64,000 bases of DNA from Candidatus Thorarchaeota archaeon (GTDB lineage Archaea > Asgardarchaeota > Thorarchaeia > Thorarchaeales > Thorarchaeaceae): assembly GCA_003345545.1 (NCBI GenBank), contig PRDH01000047.1:8748-72747 (forward strand), given 5' to 3'. Position 1 is the first letter of the stretch. Each line of letters opens with the position of its first letter. The position numbers and the translations under genes are program-made. A model generated the notes under the pieces. It saw only the letters and a program-made list of their open reading frames with translations. It searched no databases and had not been told where the DNA came from. This document shows positions 10,297 to 20,159 of the stretch, piece by piece.

Positions 10297-10698
10297 ATGA
10301 CAAGAATAATAGATATTGAAGGAATAGGTACATCAAATGCTCAGAAACTCAAAGCAGCCGGTATAGAGAGTACCGAGAAGCTATTGGATGTAGGCGGTTC
10401 TCCTCATGGTAGGGACGAACTGAGTAAGAAGATAGGCATAACGAGTAGCCAGATTTTGGAATGGGTCAATCGAGCCGATTTGTACAGGATCAAAGGGGTT
10501 GGCAAGCAGTATTCTGATCTTCTTGAACAGGCAGGAGTCGATACTGTAGTTGAACTCGCGCAAAGAGTTCCAGAGAACTTACACGCAAAGATGTTAGAAG
10601 TGAATAAGGCTAAGAAATTCGTTCAAAGACCGCCCTCCCTCAATGCCGTGAAGAAATGGGTAGGCCAGGCCAAGGCTCTACCTCGAAAAATCCAATGA
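10297..10698 (+). CDS. DUF4332 (helix-hairpin-helix) protein
   Basis: DIEGIG...WVNRADLYRIKGVGKQYSDLLEQAGVDTVVELAQR signature. Confidence 0.85.
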   Translation: MTRIIDIEGIGTSNAQKLKAAGIESTEKLLDVGGSPHGRDELSKKIGITSSQILEWVNRADLYRIKGVGKQYSDLLEQAGVDTVVELAQRVPENLHAKMLEVNKAKKFVQRPPSLNAVKKWVGQAKALPRKIQ

Positions 10699-11103
10699 AG
10701 CTCCTTGAGTGTAAGAGCACGATAGTTCAATAATGGCAGGTTTGGGCCTGGAATGAAAACGTTTCTCCCAGGTCCAGCTCATATTGCCTTGAAGAGCTTA
10801 TACTATTGCATCAAGAAACTGCTAGATGTAATCAGACCAACCATATGTACGATATGCAACTGGTATTTGCCTTTCTAAAGGAGGTCAGGTTCCTCTTCAA
10901 GAAGATGCACCTCAGTGATAATACGATGAAGACGCTTCCGAGCTAGATGCATTTACGGATGACTTTGGACAGGTGTTTCGGTAGGAAGCAAGGGCGATTA
11001 TTGTCTTGCTAATAATAAGAATGGGAATCTGCAGAATGACTGCAGCAACGCAGTGAGCAGTCATCATTCACTACTATATGACTTGATGAATGTGGGTACT
11101 GTC

Positions 11104-11701
11104 TCACCATGGTTCTGAACTGCCCAGCCAACCGAATAGGAAAGCTGAAGCAACTTGGATTCCAATCAGGAGGTTCACCAAGAGAATAGTCGCCCCAAGA
11201 GAGGTGTTGTGAGGTTTACAAAAGCCTACCACATAGAGATACCCCACCCAGAGACCAGATATGAGCCCAAAATACGGAATCCATCCGAACAGCAGAACTG
11301 GTGAAGCCGAGAAAACGCCAATCTTCAAAGAGTCGAGAACAGTCCCAGTTCCGCGCAATCCCTTCGCAAAGATATGGAATAGCAGACCCAGAAGGGGCAA
11401 CTTCAGTACATTGCCAAAATACGTCAGGATGCCAACCCAAAAGTAGCGACTAATCCCTGTAGATGCTTCAAGGAGAGGAGCCTGTAGGTATGCTCCCATT
11501 TGTGCATTCGTACCTGCATGAACTATATCACAAGGAATGTGGAACCAGTTTACAATGGGAGTTAGCAATGCCAAGATTACACTCAGACTAGGAAGAAACG
11601 CAGCACGGGCCAGAATCCTTGGATCTCTCGTTCCCTTCGAACACTACATCAGGGTGCAACACCAGACTGAGAGCCTTCCGAAAATCCCCAGTAAGTTACA
11701 T
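11104..11701 (-). pseudogene. Yip1-family membrane protein, disrupted (stop at codon 2 plus two frameshifts)
   Basis: GAGGTG RBS, then ATG(11701)-TAA-LTGDFRKALSLVLHPDVVFE; second frame EREIQGFWPVLRFFLV; third frame LSVILALL running into ORF 11104-11574 (LFHIFAKGLRGTG...SASPVLLFGWIPYFGLISGLW), which resembles archaeal YIP1. Confidence 0.7.
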
Positions 11702-11716
11702 GCTGGCACCTCAAGT

Positions 11717-12265
11717 CTATACCTTGGCGGCATGACGAACTCGTCGTGACTCTGCTGCTGCATGCAGGAACATCTCCGATACGTTGTAACCCGTCCGTGC
11801 GGAGGTTTCAAAGTACTCAAGCTGAAGCAGATTTGCAAGTGAGTGGCCTTCCTGTTCAGAGATGACAGCTTCGTTCTTGAGGTCAGCTTTGTTGGCTACA
11901 AGTGAACCACTGAGGAATTTGTCCCTCTGGATGCAGATCTTCTCTGTGAGAGCCTCATAGAGAGGGGTGATTCGTTTGAAGGTCTCCTTATTGGTCATAT
12001 CATAGACCATGATTAGGTGATGAGCGCCTTCATAGAACCTATTCCGCAAGCCTGCAAAGGTCTCCTGACCACCAACATCGACGATGGTCAGAACGACTTT
12101 TCCTTCTGGGAAATTGAACACTATGGCGCTGAGGTCAGCAGCGACAGTTGCAGTATGGTCTTCCCTGAACTCGTTGGTCTGATAGCGTCTGACAAGACTC
12201 GATTTGCCCACACTTGGTGCGCCGACAATGATTGTCTTGTATAGCTCTGCTGCCAAGTAGTCCAC
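11717..12265 (-). CDS. Rab-like small GTPase (Ras superfamily)
   Basis: G1 GAPSVGKS, G2 T, G3 DVGGQ, G4 NKAD, G5 ETSA; RabF4/F5-like FYEGA and MVYDMT. Confidence 0.9.
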   Translation of the reverse strand: MDYLAAELYKTIIVGAPSVGKSSLVRRYQTNEFREDHTATVAADLSAIVFNFPEGKVVLTIVDVGGQETFAGLRNRFYEGAHHLIMVYDMTNKETFKRITPLYEALTEKICIQRDKFLSGSLVANKADLKNEAVISEQEGHSLANLLQLEYFETSARTGYNVSEMFLHAAAESRRVRHAAKV

Positions 12266-12379
12266 CTATTGACTAATCCCTAAGAGAAAATGTGAGTACA
12301 TCACTTATCAGTATTACTAATATCCTGCAGAAACACCAATCGAAGAGTTTTAGAAGACTCGCCGGCTCACCTTGGAAGT

Positions 12380-12847
12380 ATGATTGACTTCAAAGACATC
12401 AGGAAAAGGACGACAAGTGTTAGAGGATACGTTGACGCCTTATCCGAGAAAGACAAAGATATCATAATACAAGCATACAAGGAATACAGACTCAATGAGG
12501 TCGCGCTGAGGGAGTTGAAGGTCCTGGCAAAGGGTCTCAAGGTCGTCGTGTTTAGTGCGGCCTGGTGCGGTGACTGCAAGAGAGCTATGCCAGTCATGCT
12601 CCATCTCGAAGAGCAGACAGGGATTGATGTCATGGTATTTGGAAACATCAAGACGGATCCTCTGAACAAGGCTGCCAAGTGGAGAGTGCCACCTTCGCCT
12701 CCAGAGATGAACAAGTGGGGAGTGACTGCAATCCCCTGGTTCGAGTTCTTTGATGCCAAGGGAAACAAGATAGGCACTCTTATCGAGAAACCAACAGTAA
12801 AAGATACGCTCGAAGAAGAGATTGTGCACGTGCTCAAGAATAAATAG
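12380..12847 (+). CDS. Thioredoxin-family protein
   Basis: VVFSAAWCGDC and cis-Pro motif AIP. Confidence 0.85.
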   Translation: MIDFKDIRKRTTSVRGYVDALSEKDKDIIIQAYKEYRLNEVALRELKVLAKGLKVVVFSAAWCGDCKRAMPVMLHLEEQTGIDVMVFGNIKTDPLNKAAKWRVPPSPPEMNKWGVTAIPWFEFFDAKGNKIGTLIEKPTVKDTLEEEIVHVLKNK

Positions 12848-12889
12848 TGATGCACCTCGTATTAGTTCATTCACACGGAGGAAAGGACT

Positions 12890-14152
12890 TTGGAGATTCC
12901 GATGCTGTCTAAATTCGTTGAAGGTCTGAAGCTCTTCTTTTCATCGAAGAGACTGAAGTGGTTGACACTCGTATTCGTTCTTGGAGCTGGCCTAATCGCT
13001 CTAATGGAACGTATTGTACTTCTGGTGCCTTCATCAGTGACGAATCTGCTAGCCTTGTTCGCTGGTGGCGTATTCCCGACATTCTTCATGCTCACTGCGT
13101 TCTTCTCATTGATCGGACTTGCAAGATTCGTAGCGAGTGACGAGTCGTACGCTAGATCAGTCATCTTTACGATTATGTGGATGGTAGTTAGCATTGTAGT
13201 CTTGCTACTGCTAGTCTTCGTAGTGCGAGATTTCTTCAACATCATGTTCATCGGCGTTGCTTTTCTTGGCTGGATTGGCTTCCAGTCATATTTCTCTACG
13301 CGATCCTCACTGGGGTATGCAGAGAGTGCTGCAATTCAAAGCAAATCAAAGCTGGTGGGTATCCTCTATGGATTCCTGTACATTCTGAACTATGGTTTGA
13401 TTGCTGGCTCTTTCATTGTCACATCATTCATTAATCCTTCAATCCTCTTAACGGCAGCATGGTTTCTAGCCATCCTAGGAGCACTGCTTGCAGCGGGCTT
13501 CAATTTCCTGAATGGCTGGGTCCTACTAGCTGAGCGTAACAAATCAACAGCAAGCAGCATAGCATTCCTAGGTCTGTTCATTTCGTCGTACTCAGCCTAT
13601 TTCATATACAATGTTTTGAAAGGATTTGATGCAGGCTTCGACCTCGTAGGAGCGGCAATCTCAATCTTCTTCCTAGTGTATACGATGAGCAGTATTGGCC
13701 GGACACTGGCCAGCCGCGCAGAGTTAGATACAAGATGGAAACTAAGCAAGGAATTGGCTGCCACGTCCACCTTCTTCCTCGCGTCAGGCTATATGTTCAC
13801 AGATGCATTGTTTACTGTGATTCTCTCTGGCACTAATCCAGCGCTAGCGGGGGTAGTCGGAGATATCGTCAAACTCATCATCTTCCCGTTCGTTGCATTC
13901 ATCATGGAGTTGAACTTCATTAGGAAGTCGAGGAAGATGCCCAAGGAAGCACCTATGCCTGAGGTTCTGCCTGCTACCCCAGTTGAAGGAGAGGAGCAGC
14001 TTGAAGAGGAACCAGAGATTCCTCAACCCCAAGTTGGCAGTTCTCAAGAGATGTTACCCGAGGACTCAGAGTCCCCAGAGGATTCGGAGGCGTCATCAGC
14101 AGAGGTGCTGGAAGAGGATACAACAGAGGCATCTGAAGAGGATTCCAAGTAG
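12890..14152 (+). CDS. Polytopic membrane protein with acidic disordered C-terminal tail
   Basis: About 10 hydrophobic segments followed by a Glu/Pro/Ser-rich tail; GGAGG RBS. Confidence 0.7.
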   Translation: MEIPMLSKFVEGLKLFFSSKRLKWLTLVFVLGAGLIALMERIVLLVPSSVTNLLALFAGGVFPTFFMLTAFFSLIGLARFVASDESYARSVIFTIMWMVVSIVVLLLLVFVVRDFFNIMFIGVAFLGWIGFQSYFSTRSSLGYAESAAIQSKSKLVGILYGFLYILNYGLIAGSFIVTSFINPSILLTAAWFLAILGALLAAGFNFLNGWVLLAERNKSTASSIAFLGLFISSYSAYFIYNVLKGFDAGFDLVGAAISIFFLVYTMSSIGRTLASRAELDTRWKLSKELAATSTFFLASGYMFTDALFTVILSGTNPALAGVVGDIVKLIIFPFVAFIMELNFIRKSRKMPKEAPMPEVLPATPVEGEEQLEEEPEIPQPQVGSSQEMLPEDSESPEDSEASSAEVLEEDTTEASEEDSK

Positions 14153-14292
14153 TTGAGTGAAGATGAACACTAGCATCCATTTCTCTCCGCATATCTAAGC
14201 GAAGTTTTTTAACCCGTGAGGTTTAGTTACTGGCAATACGCGGTACACTTGACGGTACCCGAGTTCAACAGAACATTAGCGGAGAAACTAAA

Positions 14293-14457
14293 ATGGCAAA
14301 GTATGAATGCATGGTCTGTGGCTGGATATATGACGAGGACGTGGGTGACCCCGACAGTGGGATTGAGGCGGGGACCAAGTTTGCTGACCTGCCGGATGAC
14401 TGGGTCTGCCCTATGTGTGGCGCGGCCCGTGACGACTTCCAGTTACTAGAAGAGTGA
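14293..14457 (+). CDS. Rubredoxin (54 aa; not in ORF track)
   Basis: Manual translation [54 protein letters not shown]; GGAG RBS. Confidence 0.95.
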   Translation: MAKYECMVCGWIYDEDVGDPDSGIEAGTKFADLPDDWVCPMCGAARDDFQLLEE

Positions 14458-14852
14458 TTCTATCGGTAATTCAGGCAAGGGTTTCGTTTTGAAGCTCCTT
14501 GTCATCGTTTCCTTTTTCTGAGAAGTGGTTGTCTAGTCTAGCTCGTTTTCTCACATCATTTGGAGGAGCCTTTCTCCACCACATTTCTACATCCTTTTGC
14601 GAACGAGTGTGAGCCTCCCAATGTGCAGAAACACGACCAGATGTGCTGTAGTATCTGACGTAACACAAATGCCGTCCTGTGTTGATTCCCAGATTACTGC
14701 ACAATCTCTGTTCATCGAGTTGGAGTGCGTTCTTATGGGATCTAGCAATGGTATCTAGTTTCGAGGCGAGGTGTGCTACTGACGAGTCCTTCGATTTCTT
14801 GCTGAGAACTGCAATGTTATTATAATGTAAGAAAGTACTTGCAGCGACTCAT

Positions 14853-15779
14853 ATGAGGATTCATGACTGTTTCCCCAGGACCAGAATTGTGGCTCTATTT
14901 GTCTTCCTGTTATCATTCTCTTTGGTTCTTGCCATACCTAATGTTGGCAGAGCTGTGCCGGAAACGTTAGCTGATTCGGATCTGCATAATGTCAATGTCG
15001 CCATATACTTTGGTGATGGGTCTCTTGGATCTTCTGTCATGGCTCTTAAGTACATGTTTCTGTGGATGAATGCGACAGTTGAACTCATCGACGGAGCTCA
15101 AATCAGAAATGGTACATTGGACACCTATGATATCCTTGCGTTTCCAGGAGGCTCAGCGACTTCCTATGTAGGTGACCTAGAGGCTGAGGGCCTCGATATT
15201 GTTCGCGAGTTTGTCAGAGATGGCGGTTCTTACTTTGGAATCTGCGGAGGGGCGATGTTCGCCACAAATGCTGCCCTTGGCTTGTTCAATGGGTCATATA
15301 GCAGTCCAATCAGTGGAATAGATACATACCTCACTGAGATGTTCGTGAATCGCAACTCTACAGGACCGGATTTGTCGTCAGAACCTGATTCGTATCAGAC
15401 AATGTACTGGGGCTCAGCGTATTTCTATAGTGATGATATGTCTGGTGTTATTCCAATTGCGAACTACTCTCTCAATAATAGACCCGGCATGATAGCTCTC
15501 ACTTACGGTCAAGGCACCGTGTTCCTCTCCAGCCCTCATCCTGAATATGAAGAGGGTGACAACAGAGATGGCACCAATTACTGCGATTACCTGAGTGATC
15601 CTGACTCGGAATGGCCCTTGCTCTTGAGAGTATCTTGTTGGTTGGTCAATGCTTCGAGTAACGAGAATACAGATTCAGGAATCGCGTTTCCAGAATACAT
15701 CACGTTGCTCGTTCTTGGAAGCGCAGGACTTCTTGGCCTTGGTCTTGTCATTTATCTCACTAGATTCAGAAAATCGTAG
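14853..15779 (+). CDS. Secreted BPL-N (class I glutamine amidotransferase-like) domain protein with C-terminal membrane anchor
   Basis: Signal peptide; FPGG, GGSYFGICGG (nucleophile elbow), SPHPE; C-terminal FPEY + TM + RFRKS. Confidence 0.75.
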   Translation: MRIHDCFPRTRIVALFVFLLSFSLVLAIPNVGRAVPETLADSDLHNVNVAIYFGDGSLGSSVMALKYMFLWMNATVELIDGAQIRNGTLDTYDILAFPGGSATSYVGDLEAEGLDIVREFVRDGGSYFGICGGAMFATNAALGLFNGSYSSPISGIDTYLTEMFVNRNSTGPDLSSEPDSYQTMYWGSAYFYSDDMSGVIPIANYSLNNRPGMIALTYGQGTVFLSSPHPEYEEGDNRDGTNYCDYLSDPDSEWPLLLRVSCWLVNASSNENTDSGIAFPEYITLLVLGSAGLLGLGLVIYLTRFRKS

Positions 15780-15837
15780 TCAACATCTGACTAGAAACAG
15801 GAGCCATTTGCCCGGCTTACAAGCTCAAGACATATGT

Positions 15838-17733
15838 TCACTTACGTTTTCTGAAGGCGTATATGTGGCCTATTCCTAGCGTGACTGCAGAGTATACTGC
15901 AAAGGCTATTGCTGAGAGGAGGATGAAGAAATACATCAGTGGCACAGTGACATCCTGTGCATGCCAGGGCAATCCATTTCCATTGAAGACGATGATAAGC
16001 GAGACGCTCAATAGATAGAGAATGGCTGTGGAAGCAATGAATCCCTTGGCAGAAGTCATCACCTCAGATTGATCCTGCTTTTTAGCAACGTACCTCTGTA
16101 TAAGAAGGAGAACAGCCACAGCGGTCACGAACGGGACGAGTACAATAGCAAACAGGCGGAGGAAGAGCTCGTCAAAATAGGCGGCCAGATAGCTTGCTGA
16201 GAACTGCCATCCAGAGAGCACTGTTGTTATTGGCAATATGATAAGGTAGACAGACATCGGTAGAGCAATCATGACCGCTCTCTGTCGTACGGGAACTGCT
16301 TCGACTAACACACGCCTTGCTCTTCTAGATACGATGATCACACCGCCTATCATACAGCCTGAAAGAAGTAGGACGGCAAGACGAATAGCCGTTTCTTCAC
16401 TAATCTTGGAATACAATGAGAACTGAAGAATCATGATAGAGGATTCCTCCGCTGCCATAGCAGCATCAATCGCCTGCTCATAGAGTCCGGCTGAGAAATT
16501 GCTCTCTGCCTGTGACAGCAGGCTACCTGCAGCGTCAATGTCTGATGCCAGCATTTCGGCATGGCCCATCACCTGCGCACGTGCCTTGCCCTGTTCAAGA
16601 CGCAGCGACGCCTGATTGATTCTATAGATAGATTCTTCCCGCAAGGATAGATTGAGGCTATCAAAAAGGACACTTCCGGACGCATCATAGGGTATCTCCC
16701 AGCCCATGACAACAGCGGCTGTAGGAGCAATGGAGTTCTGATGATGAGAGTCGGAGTAGATACCAGGAACGACGCGTGGGCCTCTCATGAGAAGTGGAGT
16801 GTGTAGAACCTCTGGTTCTATTCCTCCATGCTCGCCTCCCTTGCCAGGGAAGTCCGTCTGCCCATGGTCTGATGTCACCATGACAAGGGTTGAATTGAGG
16901 ATTCCCAGGGCATCGTAGGCAGAGAGTATCTCACCGATATAAGCGTCCTGTCGTTCTATAGCCGCTCTGTAGGAATCAGATAGCGATCCATTCTCATGTC
17001 CGATTTCATCAGTTTCGCAGAAGTGTACGACAGTGAATGTTGGCAAATGAGTAGTGACCAGCTCGACGGCGTAGGCCGATATGAGCCCATCGCTATAGGC
17101 TGGCAGTTCCTGCTCGATTGGAGCGTAGCCCGAAGTTGTGTTCACGACGAGGGTTTCTTCTCCCGGGACACTTTCGGAGAATGTAATTGAGTAGTTCATC
17201 CACTCTCCAAAGAGCTCGTGCCATGTTTCGCTGCCCACAAATGCGGTTGTCCCGTCATGTCGAAGTGTGGACCTCCACAGAGAATCTGCTGTGAACGGAC
17301 CAGTATGCTCATTGGCGATAACCTGACTCTCGGAAGTGTTCACACCTGAGGGAATCACTCCATAGCCAGCTCTGCTGACACTGATAAGAGTAGAGCATTG
17401 TATATCTGTCAGATTCGCCCAGCTGCCAAAGTAGTCTAGACTTGGTTTATCAATTGCGTAGAATACATCAGCTCTCACTCCGTCTAGGACAATGATCAGA
17501 GTGTGGTTAGCCTTGGGGCTGATGTCGGCATCTATCAGGGTAATTGGTCCGGTTGGGACATACGTGTAGGGATTGGAGTAGTTGAAGTAGTTGAGTAGTC
17601 CGACGACTAGGAGTCCGGTGCTAGCAAGCGAGAGAATGACGAGAGCAGCTGCTGCAGAACGTGCCGACGACATGATGTTGGGCATCACCGCGTTTTCCCG
17701 TGATACAACTCTTGGAGATTTGCTGGGCTTCAC
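15838..17733 (-). CDS. Membrane alkaline-phosphatase-superfamily protein, GPI ethanolamine-phosphate transferase (PIG-N/Mcd4)-like
   Basis: N-terminal TM; LDGVRAD, SVSRAG, HFCETDEIGH, TSDHGQTD..HGG, QNSIAPT; about 5 C-terminal TMs. Confidence 0.7.
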   Translation of the reverse strand: MKPSKSPRVVSRENAVMPNIMSSARSAAAALVILSLASTGLLVVGLLNYFNYSNPYTYVPTGPITLIDADISPKANHTLIIVLDGVRADVFYAIDKPSLDYFGSWANLTDIQCSTLISVSRAGYGVIPSGVNTSESQVIANEHTGPFTADSLWRSTLRHDGTTAFVGSETWHELFGEWMNYSITFSESVPGEETLVVNTTSGYAPIEQELPAYSDGLISAYAVELVTTHLPTFTVVHFCETDEIGHENGSLSDSYRAAIERQDAYIGEILSAYDALGILNSTLVMVTSDHGQTDFPGKGGEHGGIEPEVLHTPLLMRGPRVVPGIYSDSHHQNSIAPTAAVVMGWEIPYDASGSVLFDSLNLSLREESIYRINQASLRLEQGKARAQVMGHAEMLASDIDAAGSLLSQAESNFSAGLYEQAIDAAMAAEESSIMILQFSLYSKISEETAIRLAVLLLSGCMIGGVIIVSRRARRVLVEAVPVRQRAVMIALPMSVYLIILPITTVLSGWQFSASYLAAYFDELFLRLFAIVLVPFVTAVAVLLLIQRYVAKKQDQSEVMTSAKGFIASTAILYLLSVSLIIVFNGNGLPWHAQDVTVPLMYFFILLSAIAFAVYSAVTLGIGHIYAFRKRK

Positions 17734-17953
17734 TCAGCAGCATTCGGAGTATTGACCTTTACGGAATCTCAGAAGGGGCCCACTAGGATGATATTATTTA
17801 ATGACGAAACCCCTCATCTCTCTAGGATACTATTGATTCGCTTGCGAATAGGAATGAAATTACTATCGACTGATATTCATTCGTTGGATATGAAAAGAAC
17901 ACCAAGAAATACCATTTCTCAATCCTTATGTGCGAATTCGCCAAGTCTGACTG

Positions 17954-18619
17954 ATGTGCGGCCGTTTCTCCATGTTCTCTGACATCAAGGCACTTAGGGA
18001 CAGGTTCAAGATAGAGGAGATACTCAAGGCTCCAGAGCCAAGATACAACATTGCACCGGCTCAGAAGATAAGTGTCATAGTTCAGCAAGAAAAAAGGAAA
18101 CTCACAGAGATGAAGTGGGGACTGGTCCCCTCCTGGGCGAAGGACTCTAGGATGGGCAATAGTCTAATCAATGCTCGGGCGGAAACAGTCGCCACGAAGC
18201 CCGCGTTCAGGAACGCGTTCAAGAGACGCAGATGTCTCATTCTTGCAGACAGCTTCTTCGAGTGGCAGAAGAGTGGAGAAATCAAGACTCCAATTCTCAT
18301 TCGACTAAAGTCCGAGCAGCCCTTTGCAATGGCAGGGCTCTATGAGTACTGGAAGATGAAGTCCGGCAAGACCCTAGAGAGCTGTGCTATAGTGACAACA
18401 GCGGCGAATACCTTCATGAAGCCTATTCATGATAGGATGCCTGTCATCCTCAGACCGGAGAATGAGGATAGATGGCTCGACCCTGAGCTACAGGAAACCG
18501 CACAGATTGCTGCCCTGCTGGAACCAGTTGAATCTGGCCTCCTTGAGTCATTTGAAGTATCCACGTATGTGAACTCCCCAAAGAATCGTGACTCTGTGGT
18601 CATTCGACCAATACATTGA
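17954..18619 (+). CDS. SOS response-associated peptidase (SRAP/YedK/HMCES; abasic-site protection)
   Basis: N-terminal MCGRF, RYNIAP, WGLVPSW, INARAET, FFEW, HDRMPVIL. Confidence 0.95.
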   Translation: MCGRFSMFSDIKALRDRFKIEEILKAPEPRYNIAPAQKISVIVQQEKRKLTEMKWGLVPSWAKDSRMGNSLINARAETVATKPAFRNAFKRRRCLILADSFFEWQKSGEIKTPILIRLKSEQPFAMAGLYEYWKMKSGKTLESCAIVTTAANTFMKPIHDRMPVILRPENEDRWLDPELQETAQIAALLEPVESGLLESFEVSTYVNSPKNRDSVVIRPIH

Positions 18620-18722
18620 CGAATTAAGCAGACTGTCCCAGTTCCTCTTCCAGCCTTTTTCTTGCGATCCTTCTTCATGCTATGGCAGAAGTGAGTCGGG
18701 GTTAGGAATTTAAGCGGCCTAG

Positions 18723-19727
18723 ATGTCACTATTCTTTATGCAACCGAAATGGGCATCCCTTCTCGAATATGACCCATTGGCGCACCTGCAATCCGTCAGC
18801 AATCCCGCGATTCAATTCTTCGTCCAGAGAGACTTGTTGGACAATCGAGACCTGTCAGTCGAAAAGCTCTGGACCCTTCCCGGTGCGGAGAAGGTCCTGC
18901 GAAGGCAGCAACCGAACGGCTCATGGCCGGACAAGAACAAGAAGAAGCACGCTAACTCGCCCACGAATTATGCAGTACTCGAGACCTACAGGTCGCTCCG
19001 CGTCTTGGTCGAGTGTTATGGGCTGAACAAAAAGCATCCCGCAATCCAGAAGGCGGCTGAATTCTTGTTCAGTACTCAGACGTCCTATGGCGACTTTCGA
19101 GGCATTTATGGCACACAGTTCACAACGAACTACTCGGGAGGGATACTGGAGTTCCTCGTGAAGGCGGGTTATGACAGCGACGCCCGCATAGATAGGGCCT
19201 TCAAGTGGTTCATGTCAGTCCAGCAAGATGACGGCGGCTGGCTGCTCCCGGTCCAGGTGGCGGGCCTAAGTAGTCTAGCGAGTGATGATTGGATGCAGCA
19301 ACCCACCGAGGTCGCATTCGACCCCACGCTGCCTTCTTCCCACATGGTGGCAGGCATCGTAATTCGGGCCTTTGCGAACCATCCCAAGTACCGGCAGACA
19401 CCCGAAGCGCGCAAGGCTGCAGATTTCTTGGTTTCTCGCATCTTCAAATCAGACAAATACACTTTTCGTCAGCACAAGAGCTACTGGACCAAGTATACCT
19501 TCCCTTTTTGGTGGAATGACCTCATTGGGTGCCTGGATGCGCTTTCCCTGATGCATTATCCTGTGGACACACCCGGTGTGCAAGGTGCATTGCACCATTT
19601 CAGGACAACCCAGCTCCCAAACGGATCATGGCGACTCGACCTGCTCGCCGCGAAGACGATTCCGGACATCACCTCGTGGTTTGACCTCATGATTAGCCGA
19701 ATCTTCAAGCGGTTCTATGGGAACTAG
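18723..19727 (+). CDS. Prenyltransferase/squalene-oxidase-repeat (alpha/alpha barrel) protein
   Basis: QW-like repeats QQPNGSW, TQTSYGDF, QQDDGGW, TQLPNGSW. Confidence 0.75.
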   Translation: MSLFFMQPKWASLLEYDPLAHLQSVSNPAIQFFVQRDLLDNRDLSVEKLWTLPGAEKVLRRQQPNGSWPDKNKKKHANSPTNYAVLETYRSLRVLVECYGLNKKHPAIQKAAEFLFSTQTSYGDFRGIYGTQFTTNYSGGILEFLVKAGYDSDARIDRAFKWFMSVQQDDGGWLLPVQVAGLSSLASDDWMQQPTEVAFDPTLPSSHMVAGIVIRAFANHPKYRQTPEARKAADFLVSRIFKSDKYTFRQHKSYWTKYTFPFWWNDLIGCLDALSLMHYPVDTPGVQGALHHFRTTQLPNGSWRLDLLAAKTIPDITSWFDLMISRIFKRFYGN

Positions 19728-19874
19728 AGTATCATGCAGCACACTTGGACAGAAAAGGTCCGCGACATGTTCAACATTCATCATCAGAGAACTACCAATG
19801 TAATGCACAGCATGAAGCCATGCGAAAGCTAATCCAAACTGGGCCGGGCTAATCTACGATCATCAGGCCAGAAA

Positions 19875-20159
19875 CTATCGTCTATGAGGGCTGTACTTCA
19901 ACTCCATGCCACCATCGATTAGACGCATGTTGTAGGGAAACAGTCCGACTCTGTCTCCGTCCCTCATGTACTCGGACTGACGGACTACTGTGCCATTGAT
20001 GAAGCAGTCTCCAATGTCTGACATCTTAAGTCCTAGTCTACCAATGAGCTGACGGAAATCCTCACCTTCTCTGAAATCAAGACATAGAATTGTATCCTCG
20101 TCCACTCGACTTCCTGGAACCATTTCCCTCAGAATTCCATAGAGGTGGATCTCAATCAT
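19875..20159 (-). CDS. MoaD/ThiS/SAMP-like beta-grasp protein with extension after GG
   Basis: IEIHLYGILRE...FING...DGDRVGLFP...DGG followed by MELKYSPHRR. Confidence 0.75.
   Translation of the reverse strand: MIEIHLYGILREMVPGSRVDEDTILCLDFREGEDFRQLIGRLGLKMSDIGDCFINGTVVRQSEYMRDGDRVGLFPYNMRLIDGGMELKYSPHRR

Noticed and set aside
10845-10946. 33-codon ORF in AT-rich spacer
   Set aside because: No recognisable homology or RBS; possibly a decayed fragment.
14216-14449. 77-aa ORF in the track
   Set aside because: Out-of-frame shadow of the real rubredoxin gene.
14471-14704. 77-aa minus-strand ORF
   Set aside because: No motif or RBS; cannot be supported as a gene.
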